A stretch of DNA of 40,000 nucleotides from Actinomycetota bacterium (GTDB lineage: Bacteria; Actinomycetota; UBA4738; HRBIN12). The stretch covers positions 7,978 through 47,977 of the forward strand of contig DATMBJ010000161.1 of NCBI GenBank assembly GCA_035559315.1, given 5' to 3'. How positions within the stretch are numbered: the stretch's first letter is position 1; every line of letters starts with the position of its first letter. The notes under the pieces were generated by a model. The model made no database searches and was not told where the DNA came from. It saw only the letters and a program-made list of their open reading frames with translations. Both the position numbers and the translations under genes were made by a program. Shown here one piece after another: positions 1 through 7,771 of this stretch.

Positions 1-1148
1 GGGAGCTCGAGGCCCGGGGCGTGCCCTGGCCGATCAACGGGATGTCCTGGACCACGTTCCGGCACCGGCCCGAGGCCTACCTCGAGGAGGCGCTCGAGGT
101 GACGGGCCGGCGGATCCGCGCCTGCGAACGGCTCCTCGACGAGGTCGACTGGGACCTGTTCTGCTCGGTGTGGGTCTCGGTGGACCGCACCCAGCACTGC
201 CTCTCGCAGTACGTCTCCCCCGACCACCCGGCCTACCCGGAGCTCCGTGGGACGGAGCTCGCGGCCAGGGTGCGGGACGTCTACCGGCAGCTCGACGACG
301 CGCTCGGGTCGTTCCTCTCGCGGGCCCGCCCCGACGACCTGGTGATCTTCATGTCCGACCACGGGTTCCAGTCGTGCACCCGAGCGCTCCACATGGACCA
401 CCTGTTGCGGAAGCTCGGCTACCTCGAGTTCTCCGCGTCGAACATCGTGTTCGGCCCGATGCAGTGGGGGGTGGTCCGGCAGGTGGCGCGGAAGGTCTAC
501 GACGTGCTGGGGCTCCACGGGAAGGTGTCGCTGCCGCAGGCGGTGAACTGGCAGAAGACCAGGGCCTACACCTCGATCCGGTCCACGGGCGAGGGGGTCT
601 CGATCAACCTCGCGGGCAGGGAGCCCGCGGGGATCGTGGACCCCGCCGACTTCGAGCGGCTCCGCGACGAGCTCATCGAGCGGCTCTCCTCGTTCCGGGA
701 TCCGGCCACCGGCCGGTCGCCGTTCAAGGCGGTCCGCCGGCGGGAGGAGGTGTTCAAGGGGCGGTACGCGGACCGCGCCCCGGACATCCTCCTCGAGCCC
801 GCCGAGGGGTACTCCCTCACCCACGCCAAGCGCGCGCTCGAGGACGCCGACTGGGTCTCGGGCGACCACCGGCCGGAGGGCGTGATCGTGGCCGCCGGGC
901 CGGAGGTCCGTCCGTTCGACGGGGAGCCGCGCCTCGTCGACCTGGCCCCCACGATCCTCGCGGCCCTGGGAGCCCCCACCACGGTGGAGCACACCGGACG
1001 GGTGCTCCACGAGCTGGTGGGCGCCGGGGCCGGCGTCGCCGCGGGGGAGCGGGCCGCCGAGGCCGCGACCCACGACGGCCCGACGGTCTCCGACGCCGAG
1101 GCCGACGAGATGGAGGAGCACCTCCGCGGCCTCGGCTACCTCGAGTAG
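1..1148 (+). CDS. Alkaline-phosphatase-superfamily type I phosphodiesterase/nucleotide pyrophosphatase family protein (PF01663-like), 5' end outside window
   Basis: The frame is open to the window edge (in-frame codons from nt 3, no stop). The N-terminal nucleophile/metal motifs of the family are missing, so the N-terminus lies upstream. It contains LVIFMSDHGF and SGDHRPEGV motifs typical of this family. Stop is TAG 1146-1148. Confidence 0.7.
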   Translation, partial: ELEARGVPWPINGMSWTTFRHRPEAYLEEALEVTGRRIRACERLLDEVDWDLFCSVWVSVDRTQHCLSQYVSPDHPAYPELRGTELAARVRDVYRQLDDALGSFLSRARPDDLVIFMSDHGFQSCTRALHMDHLLRKLGYLEFSASNIVFGPMQWGVVRQVARKVYDVLGLHGKVSLPQAVNWQKTRAYTSIRSTGEGVSINLAGREPAGIVDPADFERLRDELIERLSSFRDPATGRSPFKAVRRREEVFKGRYADRAPDILLEPAEGYSLTHAKRALEDADWVSGDHRPEGVIVAAGPEVRPFDGEPRLVDLAPTILAALGAPTTVEHTGRVLHELVGAGAGVAAGERAAEAATHDGPTVSDAEADEMEEHLRGLGYLE

Positions 1149-1195
1149 CCGGCTCGCCCGGGCCGCGCGGGCGCCGCTAGCATCCGGGGGAGGGC

Positions 1196-1639
1196 ATGGG
1201 CGCGCGGCTCCACACGCTGATCCTGTACTCGACGGACCTGGAACGGTCGAAGCGCTTCTACGGCGGGTCCCTCGGCCTCGAGCTCCGCTACGAGGAGCCG
1301 GGGCACGTGGCGGGGTTCGGGGCCGGGGAGCGGGTCACGCTCCTGCTCCACGCGGCGGAGGGCGACGAGCGCCCGCCCCGGGAGGGAGAGGCCCAGGCGC
1401 TGTTCCCGGTGTTCGCGGTGGAGGACGTGGACGCCGCTGTGGAGCGGCTGCGGGCGGCGGGGTGGGCCGTCGCGGAGGAGCCCTCGGACCGGCCGTGGGG
1501 GGAGCGGGAGGCCTGCGTCCTCGACCCCGACGGGTACCGGGTCTACCTGGCCCAGCCGCTCGGTCGCGGGGAGCCCCTGGCGGAGCTCGAGGCCCGGGAG
1601 ATCGAGGACCGCCTGCGGTCCCTCGGGTACATCGACTAG
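1196..1639 (+). CDS. VOC family (glyoxalase/bleomycin-resistance/dioxygenase fold) protein
   Basis: ATG 1196 is preceded by the SD-like GGGGGAGGG. LHTLILYSTDLERSKRFYGGSLGLEL and VLDPDGYRVYL are classic VOC-fold signatures. It carries an extra C-terminal tail REIEDRLRSLGYID. Confidence 0.8.
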   Translation: MGARLHTLILYSTDLERSKRFYGGSLGLELRYEEPGHVAGFGAGERVTLLLHAAEGDERPPREGEAQALFPVFAVEDVDAAVERLRAAGWAVAEEPSDRPWGEREACVLDPDGYRVYLAQPLGRGEPLAELEAREIEDRLRSLGYID

Positions 1640-1651
1640 CCGGGTCCCGAC

Positions 1652-1674
1652 CGGGGGCGTCCTGGCGGCCCCCG
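1652..1674. terminator. Candidate GC-rich hairpin between convergent genes (CGGGGGC - 9 nt loop - GCCCCCG)
   Basis: A 7-bp perfect stem, 1652-1658 pairing with 1668-1674, lies 13 nt after the VOC stop in an 81-nt convergent gap. There is no U-tract, so this is weak. Confidence 0.25.
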
Positions 1675-1720
1675 TGGGCGCGGCGCGCCCCGGTCGTCGC
1701 GGAGGGATCCGGGCGGGCGG

Positions 1721-2452
1721 CTACCGGGCCGGGGCGGCGACCAGGCCGGAGCGGAGGACGATCCGCAGGGCGGCGATCGGGCCCGCCACGCCGAGCTTCC
1801 GGTAGATCCGTTGGAGCCGCTCGCGGACGCCCCGCTCGGCCAGGCCCAGGGCCCGGCCGATCTCGGGGAGCGAGAGGCCCTGCGCCGCGCCGGTGAGGAC
1901 GCCGAGCTCGCTGATCGTGAGCGTGTGCTCGAGCTCCTCGCGGAGCGCGGGCGGCGTCGTCGGGCGGGGCGCGGGCTCGCCGGGGCGGAGGAGCACGATC
2001 CCGCCCTCGGTGGCCGCCCGGAGCGCCTCGAGGAAGTCCCCCGGCGAGACGCCCTCGTCCACGTAGCCGTCGGCCCCGACGAACAGCGCCCGCGAGATCG
2101 TGTCGGGATCGACGTTGGCGCCGCACGCGACGATCGTGGCTTCGGGGAACCGCTCGCGGAGGGAGCGGATCAGCCAGAACGATCCCCGGTCGTCCGTGAG
2201 CCCCAGGGAGATCACGAGGACGAGCCCGCCGCGGTGGATCGGCCGGACCGCCGAAACCGCTTCCGGAACGGAGCCCACGGCCGCCAGGAGCTCCATGTCC
2301 GACTGGCCCTCGGCGAGGCGGCCGAGCTCGGCCCGCACCACGGCGAGGGGTTCCACGATCACGACGCCGAGGCGACGCGGTCCCCGCCGGGCCCCTGGGC
2401 CCGCGGAGCCGTTGGAAGCGGAACGAGCGTCCACGCGGCGAGACCCCCTCAC
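1721..2452 (-). CDS. LuxR/GerE-family transcriptional regulator with a degenerate (phosphorylation-pocket-less) receiver-like N-terminal domain
   Basis: The C-terminal HTH is LTISELGVLTGAAQGLSLPEIGRALGLAERGVRERLQRIYRKLGV. The N-terminal part aligns to NarL-type receivers but with VVIVEPL, LVLVISLGL, IVACGAN and GYVDEG at the conserved positions. The start is uncertain: GTG at 2452, or GTG at 2434 with AGGGGG 9 nt upstream. Confidence 0.75.
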   Translation of the reverse strand: MRGSRRVDARSASNGSAGPGARRGPRRLGVVIVEPLAVVRAELGRLAEGQSDMELLAAVGSVPEAVSAVRPIHRGGLVLVISLGLTDDRGSFWLIRSLRERFPEATIVACGANVDPDTISRALFVGADGYVDEGVSPGDFLEALRAATEGGIVLLRPGEPAPRPTTPPALREELEHTLTISELGVLTGAAQGLSLPEIGRALGLAERGVRERLQRIYRKLGVAGPIAALRIVLRSGLVAAPAR

Positions 2453-2523
2453 GAACCCTACCCCGGGGGCGGCCGGCCGCGCTAGGGGGTCGGAGGGACC
2501 GCGGTCGGGGATACTGGTCCCCC

Positions 2524-4224
2524 GTGGAGCCCGACGCCCCGCCCGAGCATCCCTCGCCCGCCGTCGGGGGCGACCCGTCCGGCGCCTCCCCGCCCCCGGC
2601 CGAGCGCGTCCCGCCCAGGGTCGGGCGCGGCGGCCTGCGGGCGCTCCGGGCCGCGGTCGAGGGGGTCCTCCCCGCTGAGCGGTTCGCCGACCAGCGGAAC
2701 ATCCTCGGCAACACCGGCCAGAACGTCGTGGGGCTCGGGATCGGCGCGCTCGCCACGTTCGCCGCCCAGGTCCTGATGACGAACGCCCTGGGGCCGGAGC
2801 GGTTCGGCATCGTCACGGTCGCCACGCAGTTCGCGTTCATCACCGCCGCCGCCACACGGTTCGGGATGGACGTCGCGAACGTGCGGCTGGTGGCGATCCT
2901 GGTGGGGAAGGGGGAGGCGGGCCGGGCCCGGGGACTCGTGGCCCGGGCCGGGGCGATCGCGGGGGCGGTGAGCGCGGCCTTCGCGGTCCTCGCGTTCCTC
3001 GGGAGCGGGGCGCTCGCCGAGCGCTTCACGGCCCTGCCCCGCGAGGCGGCCCCGGCGTTCCGCGCCGCGGCCCTGGCGGTCCCGCTGGCCGCGCTCGCGT
3101 TCACGTACATGGGGGCGACCCGCGGTCTCAAGATCATGCGGTACACGCTCTACGCGCAGTGGACCGCCCAGCCGCTCGGGTGGATCGTCCTGGCCCTCGC
3201 CGGCTGGCCCATCGCCCGGACCGCCGGGGTCACCACCCTCGCGTACGCCGCGTCCTGGGCCCTCGCGCTCGGCGTGGCGTGGTGGGGCTGGGAGCGGGAG
3301 GCGCGCGGGCTCGTCGGGCGGCGCGAGGGCGCCGGGATCCCGGAGGAGCGGACCGTGGCGCTCCTGCGCTTCGGAGCCCTGCGCGCGCCGGCGACCCTCT
3401 TCTCGCAGCTGATCTTCTGGGCCGACTTCTACGTGCTGTCCCGCCTCTCGAGCGGGCGGGGGCTGGCCGGGGCGGCCGACGTGGGGGTGTACGGCGCGGC
3501 GCTCCGGGCGGCGCAGTCGCTGTTCCTGTTCCTCACGAGCGTCTCGCTCACGTTCAGCCCGTTCGTGGCCGACCTGCATCACCGGGGGGAGCGGGAGCGG
3601 CTCGACGCGCTCTACAAGGCGGTCACCCGGTGGACGCTCGCCGCGACGATCCCGGTCCTCCTCGTCCTGGCGGTGCTGCCCGGGCCCGTGCTCCGGATCT
3701 TCGGGGGGGAGTTCGCCCGGGGAGAGGCCGCGCTCCGGATCCTCATCGTCGGGGCCATCGTGCCGGTGTGCGTGGGGACCGTGGGCTTCATCCTGATCAT
3801 GGCGGGGCGGACGGGATGGGACCTCCTGGTCTACCTCGGCGGCCTCGCCATCGACGTGGGGATCGCCCTCGCGCTGGCCCGTCCGGAGCGGCTGGGGATC
3901 GCGGGGGCCGCGCTCGCCCAGGCCTGCACGCTCTCGGCCTCGGCGGTCGCCCGGCTGCTCCTGGTCCGGCGGTTCCTGGGGATCTGGCCGTTCGACCGAC
4001 ACTTCCTTCGACTCGCCGCTCCCGCCGCGGCCGGAGCCGCCGCGATGCTCGCGCTCGACGCCCTCGTCCCCGACGCCCGGTGGGCGTTGGACCTCCTGGT
4101 GGCCGGGGGGCTCGGGGCGGTGGCCTACCTCGGTGCGCTGGTCGCGGTGGGACTCAAGCCGGGGGAACGCCGCGCGGCGCTGGCGCTCGCGCGGGGCGTC
4201 CTCCGCCTCGGCGCGGGGACCTAA
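2524..4224 (+). CDS. Polysaccharide biosynthesis protein / oligosaccharide flippase (MOP superfamily, Wzx-like)
   Basis: Polytopic membrane protein (about 14 hydrophobic segments). The N-terminal pattern NILGNTGQNVVGLGIGALATFAAQVLMTNALGPERFG is typical of Wzx-type polysaccharide biosynthesis proteins. The GTG 2524 start is uncertain. Confidence 0.7.
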   Translation: MEPDAPPEHPSPAVGGDPSGASPPPAERVPPRVGRGGLRALRAAVEGVLPAERFADQRNILGNTGQNVVGLGIGALATFAAQVLMTNALGPERFGIVTVATQFAFITAAATRFGMDVANVRLVAILVGKGEAGRARGLVARAGAIAGAVSAAFAVLAFLGSGALAERFTALPREAAPAFRAAALAVPLAALAFTYMGATRGLKIMRYTLYAQWTAQPLGWIVLALAGWPIARTAGVTTLAYAASWALALGVAWWGWEREARGLVGRREGAGIPEERTVALLRFGALRAPATLFSQLIFWADFYVLSRLSSGRGLAGAADVGVYGAALRAAQSLFLFLTSVSLTFSPFVADLHHRGERERLDALYKAVTRWTLAATIPVLLVLAVLPGPVLRIFGGEFARGEAALRILIVGAIVPVCVGTVGFILIMAGRTGWDLLVYLGGLAIDVGIALALARPERLGIAGAALAQACTLSASAVARLLLVRRFLGIWPFDRHFLRLAAPAAAGAAAMLALDALVPDARWALDLLVAGGLGAVAYLGALVAVGLKPGERRAALALARGVLRLGAGT

Positions 4225-4709
4225 CCCCGGGGCGGGCCCGGCCGCGCGAGCTCGAGGGCCCGGGCCACGGCCTCGGCCGGGGAGCCGACGCGGACCAGGG
4301 CCTCGACCGGCGCTCCCGCCTTCGAGAGCTCCCACGTCCGCAGACCCACCACGGGCTTCCCCATCTTCCGGGCCAGGGCGATCTCGGAGAGCGTGCCGAA
4401 CTCGCCGGAGATCGCGATCACCACGTCCGCGGTCCGGACGATCACCGCGTTCCGCGCCTCGCCCATCCCGGTGGCCACGGCCACCGTGAGGTGCGGGCTG
4501 GCCCCGCGCCGGTCCTCCCCGGGCAGGATCCCCACCGAGGTCCCGCCCTCGGCCTCGCACCCCCGGGCCGCGGCGTGCATGACCCCGCCGAGCCCCCCGC
4601 ACACGAGCACGGCCCCCGCCCTCGCGAGGCGCCGCCCGATCTCCTCGGCCCAGGCGAGCTCCTCCTCCGAAGCCACGGACGGGCCGCAGACCGCGACGTA
4701 GGGGCGCAT
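4221..4709 (-). CDS. TIGR00725-family protein (LOG/lysine-decarboxylase-like Rossmann fold)
   Basis: VAVCGPS...LVCGGLGGVMHAAARGCEAEGGTSVGILPG...ATGMGEARNAVIVRTADVVIAISGEFGTLSEIALA matches the family pattern. Its stop codon overlaps the flippase stop. Confidence 0.75.
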   Translation of the reverse strand: MRPYVAVCGPSVASEEELAWAEEIGRRLARAGAVLVCGGLGGVMHAAARGCEAEGGTSVGILPGEDRRGASPHLTVAVATGMGEARNAVIVRTADVVIAISGEFGTLSEIALARKMGKPVVGLRTWELSKAGAPVEALVRVGSPAEAVARALELARPGPPRG

Positions 4710-4748
4710 ACCCGGAGCGTATCCGCGGCGGGGCGGCCGTGGGTGCCC

Positions 4749-5351
4749 CTACTGGGCGCGTCCGGGTTCGACCGGCTCGCCCGGGACGACGGCGTCGCCG
4801 GGGGGCGCGGGCTCGTCGGGCGCCGCCCCGCCCCGCCCGGCCTCGTCGGCGCCCACCCCGCCCCGCTCGGCCTCGCCGGGGGCCACCACCACCCCGCCCC
4901 GCTCGGCGAGCCTGAGCGAGGTCCGCCGCCGCTCGAGGCGGTCGTCGAGGTCGGCGATCTCGGCCTCGAGCTCGCGCTTGCGCTCCTCGAGCTCGGCCCG
5001 GGCCCGCTCGAGGACCTCGACCCGCTCCTCGAGGAACGAGACGCGCTCGCGGAGGAGGCGCGCGCGGGCCTCGAGGCTCGCGCTGTCGCCCGAGATGCGC
5101 CGGATCAGTTCGGAGCGGGACCGGTGGAAGGCGGCGACGAAGAGCCCGGTGGCGAGGGCGAGCAGGAGCGAGGTGGCGGCCGTGGCCGCCACCACCGCGA
5201 CCGGCACCCAGCGGTCGGCGATCTCGATCGCGGGGAGCTGGCCGAGGCTCAGGCGCAGCACGCCCCCCACCGCCGGCGTCCGCGCGATCAGGATCGCGAG
5301 CGCGCCCGAGGCCGCGCCGAGCACCGCCAGGATGGCTCCGAGGAACACCAT
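4749..5351 (-). CDS. Hypothetical membrane-anchored coiled-coil protein with repetitive acidic/Gly C-terminus
   Basis: ATG 5351 has a strong SD (GGGAGGGGG). There are two N-terminal hydrophobic helices, then a heptad-like region LEARARLLRERVSFLEERVEVLERARAELEERKRELEAEIADLDDRLERRR, then xERGGx repeats. I recognise no family. Confidence 0.6.
   Translation of the reverse strand: MVFLGAILAVLGAASGALAILIARTPAVGGVLRLSLGQLPAIEIADRWVPVAVVAATAATSLLLALATGLFVAAFHRSRSELIRRISGDSASLEARARLLRERVSFLEERVEVLERARAELEERKRELEAEIADLDDRLERRRTSLRLAERGGVVVAPGEAERGGVGADEAGRGGAAPDEPAPPGDAVVPGEPVEPGRAQ
4812..4907 (-). repeat. Three imperfect tandem coding repeats (AERGGVVVAPGE / AERGGVGADE / AGRGGAAPDE)
   Basis: The nucleotide core CCCCGCCCCGCNCGGC occurs three times on the + strand at roughly 30-36 nt spacing inside the 3' end of the 4749-5351 gene. 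Confidence 0.6.
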
Positions 5352-5426
5352 CGCCCCCTCCCGGGCTCAGGGCGAAGCGTCCCCCGACCACGCCCCGCCG
5401 TCAACCCGCCGATGGTCCCCGCCGCC

Positions 5427-5444
5427 GTTGTCCGGGCGGGCAAC
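5427..5444 (-). terminator. Candidate hairpin just downstream of the helicase stop
   Basis: GTTGTCC-GGGC-GGGCAAC forms a 7-bp stem including one G-U pair, with a 4-nt loop. It lies 7 nt after the TAG at 5451-5453. There is no U-tract. Confidence 0.25.
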
Positions 5445-5450
5445 GCGTCG

Positions 5451-7718
5451 CTATCCCCAACGGCGTCCGAGGATCGCCGCGAGGAGGGCCACGGCCCCCT
5501 GCTTGTCCAGGGGCTCGTTCCCGTTCCCGCACTTGGGGGACTGGATGCAGGAGGGGCACCCGCGGGCGCAGGGGCAGGTCCGGACGGTCTCCAGGGTGGC
5601 CTCCAGCCACCGCTCGCGGGCGCGGAAGCCGCGCTCGGAGATCCCCGCGCCGCCCGGGTAGCCGTCGTAGACGAAGATCGCGCAGGTCCGGGTGTCCGGG
5701 TGAAGGGGGGTCGAGACCCCGCCCACGTCCCACCGGTCGCAGGTGGCGACGAGGGGGAGGAGCCCGATCGCCGCGTGCTCGGCGGCGTGCGCGGCGCCCG
5801 GGAGGACGGCGGGGGTGATCCCCGCGCGCTCCACCACCCGGTCGGGGATCGCCCACCACACCGCGCGGGTCTCGAGCTCCTGCGGGGGGAGCTCGAGCGG
5901 GACCGTGTCCAGGAGCTCGCCGGTCGCGACCAGCACCCGCCGGTACCCCACGACCCGGTCGGTGACCCGGACCCTGCCGTAGAACGTCGGCACGTCGCCG
6001 GTCCTCGCCTCCTCGACCGCCTCCACCACCTCGAGGTCGGTGACGTCCGCGGCCTGCGTGTAGTACTCCGGGTCGGCCCGCTCCACGACCGCCACGGCGG
6101 CCTCCAGGTCGAGCTCGCGCACCAGGTACTGCTCGCCCTGGTGCAGGTAGACCGCGCCGGGGTGCACCTGCCAGTGGGCCCGGGCCTCGTCCACGGTCCC
6201 CAGGAGCTCCCCGGTCTCCGCGACCACGATGGCGAAGGTCCGCCCGGAGGCCGAGCGGATGTCGACCGCCCGGTGCGGCGACCCGCGCCCGCGGTGGTGG
6301 TAGCGCCCGCCCCGGCGGACCACCTCCCCCCGTTCCTCGAGCCGGGCCAGCGCGGCGGGGGCTGCCTCCCCGAAGAACGCCGCCTCCTCCTCGGCCAACG
6401 GCTGCTCGCGGACCGCGCAGGCCAGGTGGGGCTCGAGGATGAACGGGTTCCCGGGGTCGATCACCGCGTCCTCGGGCGGGCGGTCGAAGAGGTCGCCGGG
6501 GTGGGTCACGAGGTACTGGTCGAGCGGGTCGTCCTGGGCCACGAGGATCGCGAGCGAGGCCTCCTCCCGACGCCCGGCCCGGCCGGCCTGCTGCCACATC
6601 GAGGCCCGGGTCCCCGGGTAGCCCACGAGCACCGCGGCATCGAGGGAGCCGATGTCGATCCCGAGTTCGAGGGCGGTGGTGGAGGCGACCGCCAGGAGCT
6701 CCCCCGTGGCCAGGGCCCGCTCGAGCTCGCGGCGGAGCTCGGGGAGGTAGCCGGCCCGGTAGGCCCGGACCCTCCCGCGGAGGTCGACGGGGACCTCCCG
6801 GCGCGCGAACTCGGCCAGGAGCTCCGCGGCCCGCCGGGAGCGGGCGAACGCGATCGTCCGCACCCCCCGCTCCACGAGCCGCGCGAGGAGCCACGACCCC
6901 TCCGAGAGCGCGGAGCGGCGGGCGCCGGACTCCTCGTCCACGACCGGGGGGTTCCAGAGCGCGAACAGCTTCTCGCCGCGGGGCGAGGCGTCCTCGGCCA
7001 CCGCCTCGAACGGGAGGCCCACGAGCCGCTCGGCCAGCTCCGCCGGGTTCCCGATGGTGGCGGAGGCCAGCGCGAAGCGGGGCTCCCCGCCGTAGCGCGC
7101 GACCAGGCGGCGGAGGCGGCGGAGGACGAGGGCCACGTGGGAGCCGAAGACCCCCCGCGCCACGTGGGCCTCGTCCACCACCACCAGCGAGAGCCGGAGG
7201 AAGAAGTCGGCCCACCGGGCGTGGTCGGGGAGGATCCCGGCGTGGAGCATGTCGGGGTTGGTGAGGACGACGTTCGCGTTCCGCCGGATGAGGGGGCGCT
7301 CGGCCCGGGGCGTGTCGCCGTCGTAGACCCCCGCCCGGAGCTGGGGGAGCCGGAGCTCCCGGAGCTGGCGGAGCTGGTCGCGGGCCAGGGCCTTCGTGGG
7401 GAACAGGTAGAGCGCGGTCCGCTTGGGGTCGGCCAGCGCGAGGGTCGCGAAGGCCAGGTTGTAGGCGAGGGTCTTGCCCGAGGCGGTGCCCGTGGCCAGG
7501 ACCACGTTGCGGCCCCCGAGGAGCGCGTCCAGGGCCCGCCGCTGGTGCGGGTAGAGGCCCTCGATCCCGAGGAGGCGGAGCCGGTCGGCCACGACGTCCG
7601 GGAGCCCGTCGAGGGGGGCGAGCCGGGGTTCCCGGGGAGGCAGCTCCCGGAGGTGGACCAGGCACGCGCGGGCCCCCTCCTCCGCGAGGAGCTCGTCGAG
7701 GAACCCGCGGACGTCCAC
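5451..7718 (-). CDS. DEAD/DEAH-box helicase with C-terminal MrfA-type Zn-binding (DUF1998) domain
   Basis: Motif I is LATGTASGKT, motif II VVVDEAH, motif III LASAT and motif VI QQAGRAGRR. The C-terminal Cys cluster is CPCARGCPSCIQSPKCGNGN. GTG start at 7718. Confidence 0.9.
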   Translation of the reverse strand: MDVRGFLDELLAEEGARACLVHLRELPPREPRLAPLDGLPDVVADRLRLLGIEGLYPHQRRALDALLGGRNVVLATGTASGKTLAYNLAFATLALADPKRTALYLFPTKALARDQLRQLRELRLPQLRAGVYDGDTPRAERPLIRRNANVVLTNPDMLHAGILPDHARWADFFLRLSLVVVDEAHVARGVFGSHVALVLRRLRRLVARYGGEPRFALASATIGNPAELAERLVGLPFEAVAEDASPRGEKLFALWNPPVVDEESGARRSALSEGSWLLARLVERGVRTIAFARSRRAAELLAEFARREVPVDLRGRVRAYRAGYLPELRRELERALATGELLAVASTTALELGIDIGSLDAAVLVGYPGTRASMWQQAGRAGRREEASLAILVAQDDPLDQYLVTHPGDLFDRPPEDAVIDPGNPFILEPHLACAVREQPLAEEEAAFFGEAAPAALARLEERGEVVRRGGRYHHRGRGSPHRAVDIRSASGRTFAIVVAETGELLGTVDEARAHWQVHPGAVYLHQGEQYLVRELDLEAAVAVVERADPEYYTQAADVTDLEVVEAVEEARTGDVPTFYGRVRVTDRVVGYRRVLVATGELLDTVPLELPPQELETRAVWWAIPDRVVERAGITPAVLPGAAHAAEHAAIGLLPLVATCDRWDVGGVSTPLHPDTRTCAIFVYDGYPGGAGISERGFRARERWLEATLETVRTCPCARGCPSCIQSPKCGNGNEPLDKQGAVALLAAILGRRWG

Positions 7719-7769
7719 GGCCCGATGCTAGCCCGCGCCGCGGTGCCCCGGGCTCGGTGGATCGGGCCG
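7718..7769 (-). other. Extended imperfect hairpin filling the USP-helicase intergenic gap
   Basis: A 9-bp stem pairs 7718-7726 with 7761-7769 (CGGCCCGAT/ATCGGGCCG). An inner 6-bp stem pairs 7730-7735 with 7749-7754 (AGCCCG/CGGGCT). The structure starts 2 nt after the USP stop and includes the first base of the helicase GTG. Confidence 0.35.
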
Positions 7770-7771
7770 GC

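Noticed and set aside
1107-1639. Interpreting the shared LR.LGY tail specifically as an encapsulin or microcompartment cargo-loading peptide.
   Set aside because: No shell, encapsulin or BMC gene is present in the window, and the tail does not match the encapsulin targeting consensus I know. I kept only the general idea of a shared C-terminal tag.
5451-7718. Helicase plus DUF1998 suggested a DISARM-like (DrmA/DrmB) anti-phage module.
   Set aside because: The two domains are fused in a single MrfA/YprA-type protein. There is no methyltransferase, PLD or SNF2 partner nearby. The gene sits in the conserved housekeeping neighbourhood upstream of topA, so it is more likely a DNA-repair helicase.
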